DNA of 60,239 nucleotides, filler included. It is 9 parts of 9 records of this genome, joined end to end, with 100 filler letters (N's around TTAATTAATTAA, not from the genome) between each part and the next. Parts side by side here need not be neighbours in the genome. Positions count along the whole stretch, not along the records: positions 47,867 to 54,512 come from SRR31156797_57688; positions 54,613 to 60,239 come from SRR31156797_57743; 7 more parts are not named here. One strand, written 5' to 3'. Every line of letters begins with the position of its first letter. Position 1 is the stretch's first letter. Under the pieces are notes generated by a model. It saw only the letters and a program-made list of their open reading frames with translations. It did not search any database and was not told the origin of the DNA. A program made the translations under genes and the position numbers. Positions 51,523-60,239 of the stretch are shown piece by piece.

Positions 51523-52782
51523 ATGAGGGAATTTATCGACCAGCTCAGGAAGAACGGGAAACTTGTTGAGATCACAGAGCCTGTTTCAAAGGTGTTCGAA
51601 GCACCGCGTATTGCAAAGAAGACACCAGGACCGGTGCTGTTCCATGACATTGACGGAAACAAGGCGATCATGAACGTGCTAGGTTCAAGGGATGAACTTG
51701 CAACGATGTTCGGTGTGGACAAGGACAAAATAATCAAGAGACTCTCAGAGGTTTCACCTGATGGCGAGGTCATTGTTGTTAAGGAATCACCTACAATGGA
51801 AGTTATTGAGGATGATGTAGACCTGACAAAGCTCCCTATAATGACACACTTCGAGAAGGATGCAGGACCATACATCACAGCAGGTATTGTTGTCACGGAA
51901 TATGACGGTGTCATGAATGCAGCTATTCACAGACTCCTTGCAGTAGATGAGACAAGACTTGCAGCACGCCTTGTAGCTCCAAGGCACAGCTATGTCATGC
52001 ACAAGAAAGCATCCGACAAAGGAGAAAAGTTACCTGTAGCGATTGTCCTTGGTGCAGACCCTACAGTAACATTCGCATCAACCACAAGAGTACCTGCCGG
52101 CAAGGAATTCCATTATGCAGCAGCACTACGTGGCAGACCTGTGGAACTGTTCGAATGCAGCAACGGGATAAAAGTACCTCATGCAGAAATTGTTCTTGAA
52201 GGTTACATCGACCCTATAGAGAGAGTTGATGAAGGACCATTCGTAGACATCACAGGCACCTACGACCTTGTAAGACAGGAACCTGTCATACACATCACCA
52301 GAATACTGCATCGCAAGGACCCTATCTATCACGGGATCCTTCCTGCCGGTCCTGAACACCTTTTAATGATGGGAGTTCCATACGAGCCAAGGATATTCAA
52401 TGCTGTGAGCGAAGTAACAACAGTCAAGAATGTGGTGCTCACCGAAGGCGGGTGCTGTTACCTGCATGCAGTGGTGCAGATCGAGAAACAGACCGAAGGC
52501 GATGGTAAGAATGCAATCATGGCAGCCTTTGCAGCCCACACAAGCCTGAAGCATGTAGTAGTTGTTGATGATGACATCGATATCTTTGACCTGCATGACG
52601 TTGAGTTTGCCATTGCCACCAGAGTGAAAGGTGACATGGACGTAATGATAATACCGAATGTGAGAGGAAGCTCACTCGATCCAAGGGGAGCACCTGACGG
52701 AACCACCACCAAAATGGGCATTGATGCCACCAAGGTTCTGAAAGATGCTCATAACTTTGAACGTGCAAAGATGCCAGAATAA
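51523..52782 (+). CDS. UbiD-family prFMN decarboxylase, probable trans-anhydromevalonate 5-phosphate decarboxylase
   Basis: DAGPYITAG, AEIVLEG, EGPFVDITGTY, VVVVDDDID and KMGIDAT; adjacent to both AcnX subunits. Confidence 0.87.
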   Translation: MREFIDQLRKNGKLVEITEPVSKVFEAPRIAKKTPGPVLFHDIDGNKAIMNVLGSRDELATMFGVDKDKIIKRLSEVSPDGEVIVVKESPTMEVIEDDVDLTKLPIMTHFEKDAGPYITAGIVVTEYDGVMNAAIHRLLAVDETRLAARLVAPRHSYVMHKKASDKGEKLPVAIVLGADPTVTFASTTRVPAGKEFHYAAALRGRPVELFECSNGIKVPHAEIVLEGYIDPIERVDEGPFVDITGTYDLVRQEPVIHITRILHRKDPIYHGILPAGPEHLLMMGVPYEPRIFNAVSEVTTVKNVVLTEGGCCYLHAVVQIEKQTEGDGKNAIMAAFAAHTSLKHVVVVDDDIDIFDLHDVEFAIATRVKGDMDVMIIPNVRGSSLDPRGAPDGTTTKMGIDATKVLKDAHNFERAKMPE

Positions 52783-52802
52783 AGAAGAGCGGCGGAACAA
52801 AA

Positions 52803-53987
52803 ATGTACCTCACCCCTGAAGAAGAGAAGACACTGAATGGCGAATTCGGAGAAAGTCTCCAGAAAGCAATAGAGATCCTTGTGGCACTGGGAGATATCTA
52901 CGGTGCCGACAAGCTCATACCTGTGAAGAGCGCCCAGATAGCCGGAGTGTCATATAAGACAATGGGAGATGCCGGACTGGAATGGATCTCCGACCTTGAA
53001 GGAAAAGTGAAGATACCTTCTGTACTCAACCCCGCCGGCATGGATATCGCCAGATGGGAAGAGATGGGAATCGACCCTGCTTTTGCAAAGAAGCAGCAGC
53101 AGATCATCGAAGCCTATGCAAAACTCGGAATAAGAACCAAGTGCACATGCACACCTTACTATCTTGAAGGATTTGACGTTAAGCTGGATGACCACGTCGC
53201 ATGGAGCGAGTCCTCAGCAGTATCCTATTGCAACTCTGTTATCGGTGCAAGGACAAACCGTGAAGGCGGACCTTCAGCACTCTCAGCAGCACTTGTGGGA
53301 AAGACTGCAAATTACGGATATCACCTTGATGAGATGAGGGAACCTGTGGTAGCCGTGGAAGTTGATTGTAAGCTTACAGGCTCCGACCTTGGTGCCCTTG
53401 GATACGTTGTCGGGAAAGAAATTGGAAGCAGGGTGCCCATATTCTACATGAAGAACGAACCTTCAAAGAACGAGATGAAATCCCTTGGAGCAGCACTTGC
53501 AGCATCCGGTGCTGTGGCGCTCTATCATATAGAAGGTGTCACACCCGAAGCCGTCAGGAACAAATTTGCAAGACCTGATGAAGTGATCCCTGTGGAGAGA
53601 TCACAGATAAATGAGGTCTATGAAACTAATAAGGACATACTGTCCAGTGAGATTGTTACCGTGGGATGTCCACATTGCTCACCTGAAGAACTGGAAGAGA
53701 TTGCTGACCTTGTGGAAGGCAAGAAACTGCAAAAGGAGATGTGGGTATGCACTGCAAGAGAAGTCGCAGAGCGATACCCTGATCTTGTGCAGAGGATCGA
53801 GAAAAGCGGCGCAAAGGTCGTGTGCGATACCTGTATGGTGGTCTCACCTGCCACCAACAAGTACACTTCCATAACCGTGAATTCAGGAAAGGCACTTGCC
53901 TATGTACCAAGCATGTGTAAAGTAGCTGCGAAATATGCGAGCATCGAGGACTGTATCAAAGAGGCAGGTGTCATCGATGAAAATTAA
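52803..53987 (+). CDS. Aconitase X large subunit (DUF521), probable phosphomevalonate dehydratase large subunit
   Basis: SAQIAGVSYKT, CTCTPY, AWSESSA, GARTNREGG, GCPHCS, CDTCMVV and NSGK. Confidence 0.9.
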   Translation: MYLTPEEEKTLNGEFGESLQKAIEILVALGDIYGADKLIPVKSAQIAGVSYKTMGDAGLEWISDLEGKVKIPSVLNPAGMDIARWEEMGIDPAFAKKQQQIIEAYAKLGIRTKCTCTPYYLEGFDVKLDDHVAWSESSAVSYCNSVIGARTNREGGPSALSAALVGKTANYGYHLDEMREPVVAVEVDCKLTGSDLGALGYVVGKEIGSRVPIFYMKNEPSKNEMKSLGAALAASGAVALYHIEGVTPEAVRNKFARPDEVIPVERSQINEVYETNKDILSSEIVTVGCPHCSPEELEEIADLVEGKKLQKEMWVCTAREVAERYPDLVQRIEKSGAKVVCDTCMVVSPATNKYTSITVNSGKALAYVPSMCKVAAKYASIEDCIKEAGVIDEN

Positions 53988-54381
53988 TTGCAGGACCATA
54001 TCCAGAGGCATTGCAAAAGGTGAAGTACTCCTTACCCGTGATGCCATATCATTCCTTGGTAACGTTGACCCTGAAACCGGAGAGGTAGTGGAACCACAGC
54101 ATGAGCTGTATGGACAGTCTATTGCCGGAAAGGTCCTTGTATTCCCGCATGGAAAAGGATCGACAGTAGGTTCCTACGTTATCTATCAGCTTTTCAAGAA
54201 TGGTGTAGCACCTGTTGCAATGATCAATCTTGATTCCGAGCCAATAGTAGCCGTTGGTGCGATAATTTCCGAGATACCTCTTGTTGACAAGCTTGAGAAG
54301 GACCCTTATGAGTTACTGAAAAATGGGGAAGTTGTTGTTGTTAACAGCACCGATGCTTTTGTAGAGATCAACAAGGAATAA
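53977..54381 (+). CDS. Aconitase X swivel subunit (DUF126), probable phosphomevalonate dehydratase small subunit
   Basis: ISFLGNVDPETG, GKVLVFPHGKGSTVGSY and IVAVGAIISEIP. Confidence 0.9.
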   Translation: MKINCRTISRGIAKGEVLLTRDAISFLGNVDPETGEVVEPQHELYGQSIAGKVLVFPHGKGSTVGSYVIYQLFKNGVAPVAMINLDSEPIVAVGAIISEIPLVDKLEKDPYELLKNGEVVVVNSTDAFVEINKE

Positions 54382-54394
54382 TAGAGACTAATTC

Positions 54395-54512
54395 ATGGAT
54401 GTCTGCTTTCGCTGGAACAAGAAGAACACTTATAGTCTCGCAGCACTGGCACCGCTTGTACCGGGAGCTTTGAAGGTCAAAACACCCCACGACGGAATAA
54501 TGATATACAGCT
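54395..54512 (+). CDS. N-terminal fragment, possibly an archaeal B12-binding/radical SAM protein
   Basis: MDVCFRWNKKNTYSLAALAPLV...GIMIYS, open to the contig end. The family call is recalled similarity only. Confidence 0.4.
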
Positions 54513-54612
54513 NNNNNNNNNNNNNNNNNNNNNNNNNNNNNNNNNNNNNNNNNNNNTTAATTAATTAANNNNNNNNNNNNNNNNNNNNNNNNNNNNNNNN
54601 NNNNNNNNNNNN
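54513..54612. other. Artificial contig linker
   Basis: N-runs around TTAATTAATTAA. Confidence 0.99.
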
Positions 54613-54635
54613 GTCAGGCCTAGCTTATTAGCTTA
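54613..54635 (+). repeat. 23-bp direct repeat, copy 1
   Basis: GTCAGGCCTAGCTTATTAGCTTA is identical to 60217-60239. Confidence 0.92.
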
Positions 54636-54702
54636 TTGCCTTTTGTATGGGGGGCGGGCTTTCGCAATGAGAAAAGCCTGACTCCGGTAGTTCGTTATAT
54701 GG

Positions 54703-54739
54703 AAAAGGCTGGCCGGGATTTTCCTGGTCAGCCTTTTTT
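54703..54739. terminator. Intrinsic terminator downstream of the SBP gene
   Basis: AAAAGGCTGGCCGGGA/TCCTGGTCAGCCTTTT hairpin. Confidence 0.7.
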
Positions 54740-54842
54740 AGCTTGTATGGGCTTGTTTTATTTTTGGGGGCTGATAGGTGCGGAGGGGCGCTTCCGTCAT
54801 GAATTCTCTTGATCCCATCCCGGGGATCTGTTTGATTCCTAA

Positions 54843-55595
54843 TTACTGGCCACAATTATTACGAATAATTTCTTTTAAAAGCCCTTTATTTATAATTTCT
54901 TTTTGAGCCTTGTTAAATTGTTGAAACCTTACTGCATATTTGGACTTCAAGGAAATAGCCAGAAATATCTCAGATTTTTCGCCGGGATGATAATCCGCTT
55001 TCTCAATATTGTGATTCAGCCCTTCCCGGTCTGCCAGGTAATCAATGTGAGAATTAATACCAATAAAAGCTTCAAGATGTCCCGCAATTAACATTTTAAT
55101 TAATTGCAAATCAGTGTTTACGGTAATTTTTCGTATTTTATCATCAGAATCAAAGGGTTCAAAAAAATAGCTACCGGTGGAGTGTCCGATTCGCCCTTTG
55201 TATAGATCATTATATGTTTGTATTGTTTTATTATGCCCTTTGTATACGTAAAAAACAGGCTCAACAGAATAATAGGGTTGAGAAAGAAAATACATATATG
55301 TTTCTTCTTCAGGACCTTTTGCAAGGCTGCTCATCATATCTATTCTACCCTTTTTCATATAAAAAAGCCCTCTCTGAAAAGGGTAATGAATAAACTTAAC
55401 CTGGAGATTCAGGCGTTTCCCAATCTCTCTTATCAGCTGAACGTCAATGCCTGAGAACGGTGCGGTTTTTGAGCACATGAACGGAGGCTCGTATCCTATA
55501 CCTACCTTGAGCACTTCTGAATATAAAATCCGGGGATAAACAAAAAGAATACCCACAATGAAATATATTAACACTGTTCTGAATCTGCCCTTCAT
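54843..55595 (-). CDS. Orphan family-3 (polar amino acid-type) periplasmic substrate-binding protein
   Basis: YEPPF, GIDVQL, PFQRG...GRID and LIKMLIAGHL; N-terminal signal. Confidence 0.85.
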   Translation of the reverse strand: MKGRFRTVLIYFIVGILFVYPRILYSEVLKVGIGYEPPFMCSKTAPFSGIDVQLIREIGKRLNLQVKFIHYPFQRGLFYMKKGRIDMMSSLAKGPEEETYMYFLSQPYYSVEPVFYVYKGHNKTIQTYNDLYKGRIGHSTGSYFFEPFDSDDKIRKITVNTDLQLIKMLIAGHLEAFIGINSHIDYLADREGLNHNIEKADYHPGEKSEIFLAISLKSKYAVRFQQFNKAQKEIINKGLLKEIIRNNCGQ

Positions 55596-55842
55596 AAATT
55601 CTCCAAAATTAGGAAGCACAATCTTCTGAAAGAAAAAACAATTGAAACCGTCTGATTGCTTTTTCAGCCGGCCAGTTCCTCACCGGCAAAAGAACTCCCC
55701 GGGAGCATTCCCGACCTGGTAAAGTGAAAGTGGACACTTTAACCCACTCCTGGGAAAGTGTCCACAAATATCCTGCCACCTCAATGCCGGAACGGTTTAA
55801 GAGCTGCGACAAGCAATTCGCCGTTCCCGGTCCTTCGGTGTC

Positions 55843-57147
55843 CTAGAACTTATACGCCAGGCTCATACCGAACTGATGCACATCCGCTTCTTTGATTCTG
55901 CTGGAAAAATTTATCGATTCCGCCGGTCTGGCATCAATGTCCCTTTCACCGATTAAGGTAACATAGGCATAGTGGCTGTCAATGGACCAATTCCCAATTT
56001 TATAACCAAAACCGGCGGAAAACATATGCCTGTCTGAAGATGGCATTGCGTAATCTATTGTGGAACTGGGAATGGGGGATTCATCGTAAAGATATCCGCA
56101 TCTCACGGCAAATGCGTCCGTTACCTGATAGTCGGCGCCAAATCTAATGCTGTATACGTCATCCCAGTCCTTTGGCACGGTCTGGGTGCCAAGGCCGTTT
56201 TCGATGTTGAATTCAAGTTTGTCATAACTGGACCAGCCCGTCATTACAATATCCATCTCAAGGGTCAGTTTTGGCGTGGCCTTATACGCGATTCCTGTCC
56301 AGAGCACCTGGGGCAGGGTCACTTTTCCTGAAATATCCGCATCATAGATCTCTGTTGAAAAAATAGCCGGGGCATTGGTGTAAGTTGCATCGCCTTTCAG
56401 GGTGTAATCAACCTCGGACCTGTAATTAATACCAAATGACCATTTTTTGTTGGGTGTATAAAAGAGGGAAAGATTATATCGGAATTCCGCATTGTCATCC
56501 GCAAATAAGTGCTGTTTAATATCTATCCCCTGAAGGTGATTGAATACAGGATCTTTAGCCGCATCTTCAGGTGTCAGTCCTTTTCCCTGTTGATAAACCG
56601 CTCCTGAATTGATTTTCTGTTTGAATTCAACCTCAAATTGCTGAACGGAAACACCAAATCCCAGGGAGAGGGAATCATTAACTTTATAAACAATATTCGA
56701 GTTGAGTTCCTTGGCAACATTTGCTGAATAGTAAGAGTTGTATTTTCCCGGCCAGTCTTTTTCGTATTCTGCTGACAGCCCAAACGGTGAAAACATACCT
56801 AATCCCAACCAGAATTTATCATTGATTTTAGTTGTTAGGTAAAGATAAGGCGTAGGGATAATGTCATCAACACTGTTTGAGGTCTGGCCATTCTCAAACT
56901 CAAGTTTTACACTTCCGGTGGTATAGGCTGTAAAACCGGTCATAATCTGAGTGCCTTCAAGCTGTGTTATTCCGGCCGGGTTGTACCATACCGCAGACGG
57001 ATCATCGGCTGTAGCGGCAAAGGCCCCGGCAACGGCAGAACCGGTCGGACTGTTTTCATAGAGAGCGAAACCCGATGCCCAGGATGAACTGCTCCAAATT
57101 AAAGATACCGTGAAAAGCAAAAAACAATAACATAATCCTTTTTTCAT
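55843..57147 (-). CDS. OmpP1/FadL family outer-membrane transporter
   Basis: ASGFALYE, ADDPSAVWYNPAG (hatch NPA), SPFGL, RCGYLYDESP and a C-terminal aromatic residue (AYKF). Confidence 0.92.
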   Translation of the reverse strand: MKKGLCYCFLLFTVSLIWSSSSWASGFALYENSPTGSAVAGAFAATADDPSAVWYNPAGITQLEGTQIMTGFTAYTTGSVKLEFENGQTSNSVDDIIPTPYLYLTTKINDKFWLGLGMFSPFGLSAEYEKDWPGKYNSYYSANVAKELNSNIVYKVNDSLSLGFGVSVQQFEVEFKQKINSGAVYQQGKGLTPEDAAKDPVFNHLQGIDIKQHLFADDNAEFRYNLSLFYTPNKKWSFGINYRSEVDYTLKGDATYTNAPAIFSTEIYDADISGKVTLPQVLWTGIAYKATPKLTLEMDIVMTGWSSYDKLEFNIENGLGTQTVPKDWDDVYSIRFGADYQVTDAFAVRCGYLYDESPIPSSTIDYAMPSSDRHMFSAGFGYKIGNWSIDSHYAYVTLIGERDIDARPAESINFSSRIKEADVHQFGMSLAYKF

Positions 57148-57493
57148 GATTACCCCTCATTCCCTTTGTTTCACATCATCAGCGATGAACCACACGTTGA
57201 TTCAATCCCGGTTTTTAATGCCACTTAAAACTAATATGTCTTGGACGTTTTCTACTATCAGAATTCTCAGCGCCTGTAAACTAAACAATGCTAATAAGTA
57301 ATGAAGGGGTTTCTATGGGCAGGCAAACACTGTTTGGCTGTAGTAATCGTATTCTTTTTAATTGCATTTTGTAAAAATTAATTATAGGAATATGCGAGAG
57401 TATTGATAGTAATGAGCTATATCTAACCAATACCGTGGGAGCAGGTCTGAAATTGTATTTCATGTACGTTATTAATGAAATTTTGGAGGCTGT

Positions 57494-59752
57494 ATGAAAA
57501 AAAGTATTGGCATCGCAATTTTCGTTCTTTTTATTGCGGTTTTTATCTCCGGTTGCAATGGTTCTTCATCTGATTCAAACGTGGAACTCAAAGTTACCCT
57601 TCTTCAAACAACGGATGTCCATGACAGGGCAGGGGGGACAGGGGCATCGGCCACCTATTCACCTGTTGACGGGCTCGACAGTTCCGATTCAACCGACCTC
57701 ACAAAGGGTGGGTATTCACGGCTTGCCGCAAAAATCGCCGGGATTAGAAACGCCAAAAACAATAAAAATATTCTCCTGGTTGATTCCGGAGATTTTCTTA
57801 TGGGTACTGTTTACGATTTTACCCTGGGAGCCGGAACCGAGGAGTCAAAGGTTGCCCCCCTTGCTTTTGCATTTATTGAGAGTATTCAATATGATGCCAT
57901 CACCCTTGGTAACCATGAATTTGATTTCGGACCGGGTGCCCTGTACAATTTTATCGACCAGGCATTGGGCAATGACGGGAATGGTTTTTCCGTTCCCATA
58001 CTTGCAAGTAATATGGTAACCGATAAGGCGGCCGGCACAAGCGATGACGGACTTGAGTCACTGGTGGCTGCGGGAATCATAAAAGGGGTGGAGATAAAAA
58101 CGCTTGATAATGGTCTGAAAGTGGGGCTGATCGGATTAATGGGGGCAAACGCGGAAGCGGTGGCCCCACTTGCCGCCCCTGTGACCTTTATCAATGATAT
58201 GACAAATGCCGATGAAATCAGCGCACTCCAGGATATCGTCACAAACCTGAAAACAGATGTCGATCTTGTCATTGCCTTATCCCACTCGGGTGTTTCCAAT
58301 ACCGACCCGGCAAATCCAGAAGGCGACGACATTACAATGGCTCAGAAAATCAAAGGCATAGATATCATTGCCTCGGGCCACGATCACGCAATGACGGAGT
58401 CGGTGATCGAAGTTGAAAACGGGGATCACACAACCTATATCATCTGCGCCGGTAATTACGGAAAAAACCTTGCCGAGCTTGAAATCACCTACCTGCGCGA
58501 CACAGGCATTACTGACGTCGCCCTTACAAATCATTCAATCGATGACAGTGTTGAAGGTGATTCTGCAACCCAGTTTATCGTAAACATGTATGAAGAAGGC
58601 ATCAACGCGATTCTATCCCTTTCCGGCCTGACCGTGCACAAGATAGTCGGTACAACGGATTCCGATAATATAGGTAAACCCCATCATGCAAAAGAGGCCG
58701 GGATCGGCAATCTTGTTGCCGACTCTTTAAGATATCTCACCCTTCCCCATGTCCAGACAGGAGCGATTACCACACCGACCCTTGGGGTCGTGGCCAACGG
58801 TGTTGTAAGAAACGGTTTTGACCAGGGCCAGCATATCAGCTTTGCAGACCTTTACAGCGTCCTCCCCCTTGGCATGACACTTGATCCGGCCCAGCAGAAT
58901 ATCCCGGGGTATCCCCTTGTTCAGATATATCTGACAGGCGCTCAAATTAAAAATATGTGCCAGCTGATCTCCTATGTGATGGCAGCGGATAACCCTGATT
59001 TTATAAGCTCCCTGCCGGCATTGAGTGGGTTGGATGTCCAGCAGCGGATGGGCCTGTTTCAATTGGCTGTCGGTCTTAATTCAGGGTCCCCCCTGGATTT
59101 AGGCACCTATAACACCTATGTACTGCCGGCAGCGGGCACCTTTCCCGCCGATCAGGCCATAGCCGCTTTTGAGGCGGTCGGCACCAATGATTCAGCTGCC
59201 TGCCGGGCAGCCTCCACCGTATATGCCATGGCTGCCCTCAATGGTGACCAGGGACTTGGAATGGTACTCCCAATGCTGGGCAATGATTATTTTCTTCATA
59301 CATCAGGCGTACAATATACCCATGCCGGAAGTGCCGGTCTTTACCAGGTGGATCCGGCTTCTGTAAAGATGTACGCCAATACGGACATTCAATGCGTTAG
59401 TGAACCGGCACCGGTTGAAGATGCAACCCTTTATCCCGTTGTCGTTGATATTTATGTCGTGCTTATGATGAAGGATCCGGTTTTTGTGACCCTGCTTTCA
59501 GGGCTTGGGATACCTGTTACACCCACAAACCACGACGGCAGTGTGCTTGTTGACCAGACCAATATTCTTGACTACAGAATTGATGCGGATCCAATAACCG
59601 AAGGCAACCAGGAGGTAAAAGAATGGCAGGCGTTTCTGACCTATCTGACATCACCGGCTACCAGCCTGGGGCTCGAAGGATTGATTCCTGATTCTGTCTA
59701 CGGGGCGGATGCAATTAATTCCGGTTTCTCAAGCAGGGTCAACCAGCCTTAA
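57494..59752 (+). CDS. 5'-nucleotidase/UshA-family metallophosphoesterase lipoprotein
   Basis: Lipobox FISGC, TTDVHD, VDSGDF, LGNHEFD, LSHSG, SGHDH and the C-terminal domain (IGNLVADS, NGVVR). Confidence 0.9.
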   Translation: MKKSIGIAIFVLFIAVFISGCNGSSSDSNVELKVTLLQTTDVHDRAGGTGASATYSPVDGLDSSDSTDLTKGGYSRLAAKIAGIRNAKNNKNILLVDSGDFLMGTVYDFTLGAGTEESKVAPLAFAFIESIQYDAITLGNHEFDFGPGALYNFIDQALGNDGNGFSVPILASNMVTDKAAGTSDDGLESLVAAGIIKGVEIKTLDNGLKVGLIGLMGANAEAVAPLAAPVTFINDMTNADEISALQDIVTNLKTDVDLVIALSHSGVSNTDPANPEGDDITMAQKIKGIDIIASGHDHAMTESVIEVENGDHTTYIICAGNYGKNLAELEITYLRDTGITDVALTNHSIDDSVEGDSATQFIVNMYEEGINAILSLSGLTVHKIVGTTDSDNIGKPHHAKEAGIGNLVADSLRYLTLPHVQTGAITTPTLGVVANGVVRNGFDQGQHISFADLYSVLPLGMTLDPAQQNIPGYPLVQIYLTGAQIKNMCQLISYVMAADNPDFISSLPALSGLDVQQRMGLFQLAVGLNSGSPLDLGTYNTYVLPAAGTFPADQAIAAFEAVGTNDSAACRAASTVYAMAALNGDQGLGMVLPMLGNDYFLHTSGVQYTHAGSAGLYQVDPASVKMYANTDIQCVSEPAPVEDATLYPVVVDIYVVLMMKDPVFVTLLSGLGIPVTPTNHDGSVLVDQTNILDYRIDADPITEGNQEVKEWQAFLTYLTSPATSLGLEGLIPDSVYGADAINSGFSSRVNQP

Positions 59753-59766
59753 TTTAAAAAAATAAC

Positions 59767-59795
59767 GGGGGAGGTAATCATTGATTATCTCCCCC
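59767..59795 (+). terminator. Hairpin after the nucleotidase
   Basis: GGGGGAGGTAATC/GATTATCTCCCCC stem. Confidence 0.65.
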
Positions 59796-60077
59796 ACAAT
59801 CCTGATCCGGTCAAATACCCTGCCTTCTCAGTTTCTCCTTAGAACCCACGATATATATCGGAACCAGCATGTGTCGTTGTGGCTTCGCCTTCCGCCATTT
59901 TAAGTAAAATTTGAAAAACATTTTTTGCGACATTGAGGTTAATACTTTTGGGGTATCAATATAGAAACAGCGGTCAACTAGAAAATTCTTAAAAATAGGA
60001 CCATGCGGTATTGTTTTTTAGGTGCAAGACAGTGAATTACTATCTTTTTTGTCAAGCAAAAAAGGAGGACGTAAAGC

Positions 60078-60227
60078 ATGTCGGGATTTACTCAAAAACA
60101 ACTAAAAAAAATTATACATGAATTCGCAGATGGTTTTAATCGGGATAATCTGGATTTTGTCATGAACCATTTCACGGAAGATGCCGTGTATATTGAATTC
60201 AACGTAAAAGTATGGGGTCAGGCCTAG
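60078..60227 (+). pseudogene. SnoaL/NTF2-like gene truncated at the repeat
   Basis: AGGAGG RBS; MSGFTQKQLKKIIHEFADGFNRDNLDFVMNHFTEDAVYIEFN is an NTF2-like N-terminus. The stop falls inside the repeat after 49 aa. Confidence 0.7.
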
Positions 60228-60239
60228 CTTATTAGCTTA
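60217..60239 (+). repeat. 23-bp direct repeat, copy 2 (preceded by GGG)
   Basis: Identical to 54613-54635. Confidence 0.92.

Noticed and set aside
5564-54612. Eight regularly recurring TTAATTAATTAA motifs within N-runs, and apparent gene neighbourhoods across them
   Set aside because: These are identical 100-bp artificial linkers. Composition and taxonomy change at each one, so they are not a biological repeat and cross-linker synteny means nothing.
55730-55765. Inverted repeat GTGGACACTTT/AAAGTGTCCAC as a riboswitch or IS end
   Set aside because: No recognisable aptamer or transposase is present; it is most simply a hairpin downstream of the fadL-like gene.

Overview
This window is not one locus. 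It is nine unrelated contigs joined by eight identical 100-bp artificial linkers (N-runs around TTAATTAATTAA), typical of a concatenated metagenome from an anaerobic community. Taxonomic hints below are inferred from gene content and composition. (A) 1-5563, Desulfovibrionaceae-like: pyrG, purQ, tadA, a RAPP-ending leader ORF with a 49-aa membrane ORF, a signal-peptide-bearing PSD-family decarboxylase and a tRNA-Ser fragment. (B) 5664-12627, Bacteroidota: two tandem paralogous T9SS cargo proteins, tex and a tRNA-Ser fragment. (C) 12728-18592, Desulfobacterales-like: parE, parC, mltF and two AT-rich hypotheticals. (D) 18693-27339, Desulfovibrionaceae-like: yceD-rpmF-plsX-fabH-fabG-acpP-fabF, rpmB and a TAXI-TRAP transporter. 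(E) 27440-32650, very AT-rich bacterium: lepA end, rubrerythrin, PIN-PhoH, a small membrane ORF, an esterase and an MscS-cNMP channel. (F) 32751-38427, GC-rich: sugar ABC transporter, Tm-1-like (UPF0261) protein and class II aldolase. (G) 38528-47766: LacI-regulated sugar ABC/oxidoreductase/glucokinase operon and a vgrG start. (H) 47867-54512, Methanosarcinaceae-like archaeon: sensor kinase and modified mevalonate pathway genes. (I) 54613-60239: SBP, FadL-like porin, 5'-nucleotidase lipoprotein and a truncated SnoaL-like gene, bracketed by an identical 23-bp repeat. The best novelty candidates are: a putative RAPP ribosome-arrest leader whose own codons can pair with the Shine-Dalgarno of an unannotated tail-anchored microprotein (3343-3935); a PIN-PhoH gene that apparently starts at AUU and lacks the PhoH RGR motif; a REP-like element shared by contigs A and D; and the repeat-bracketed contig I.
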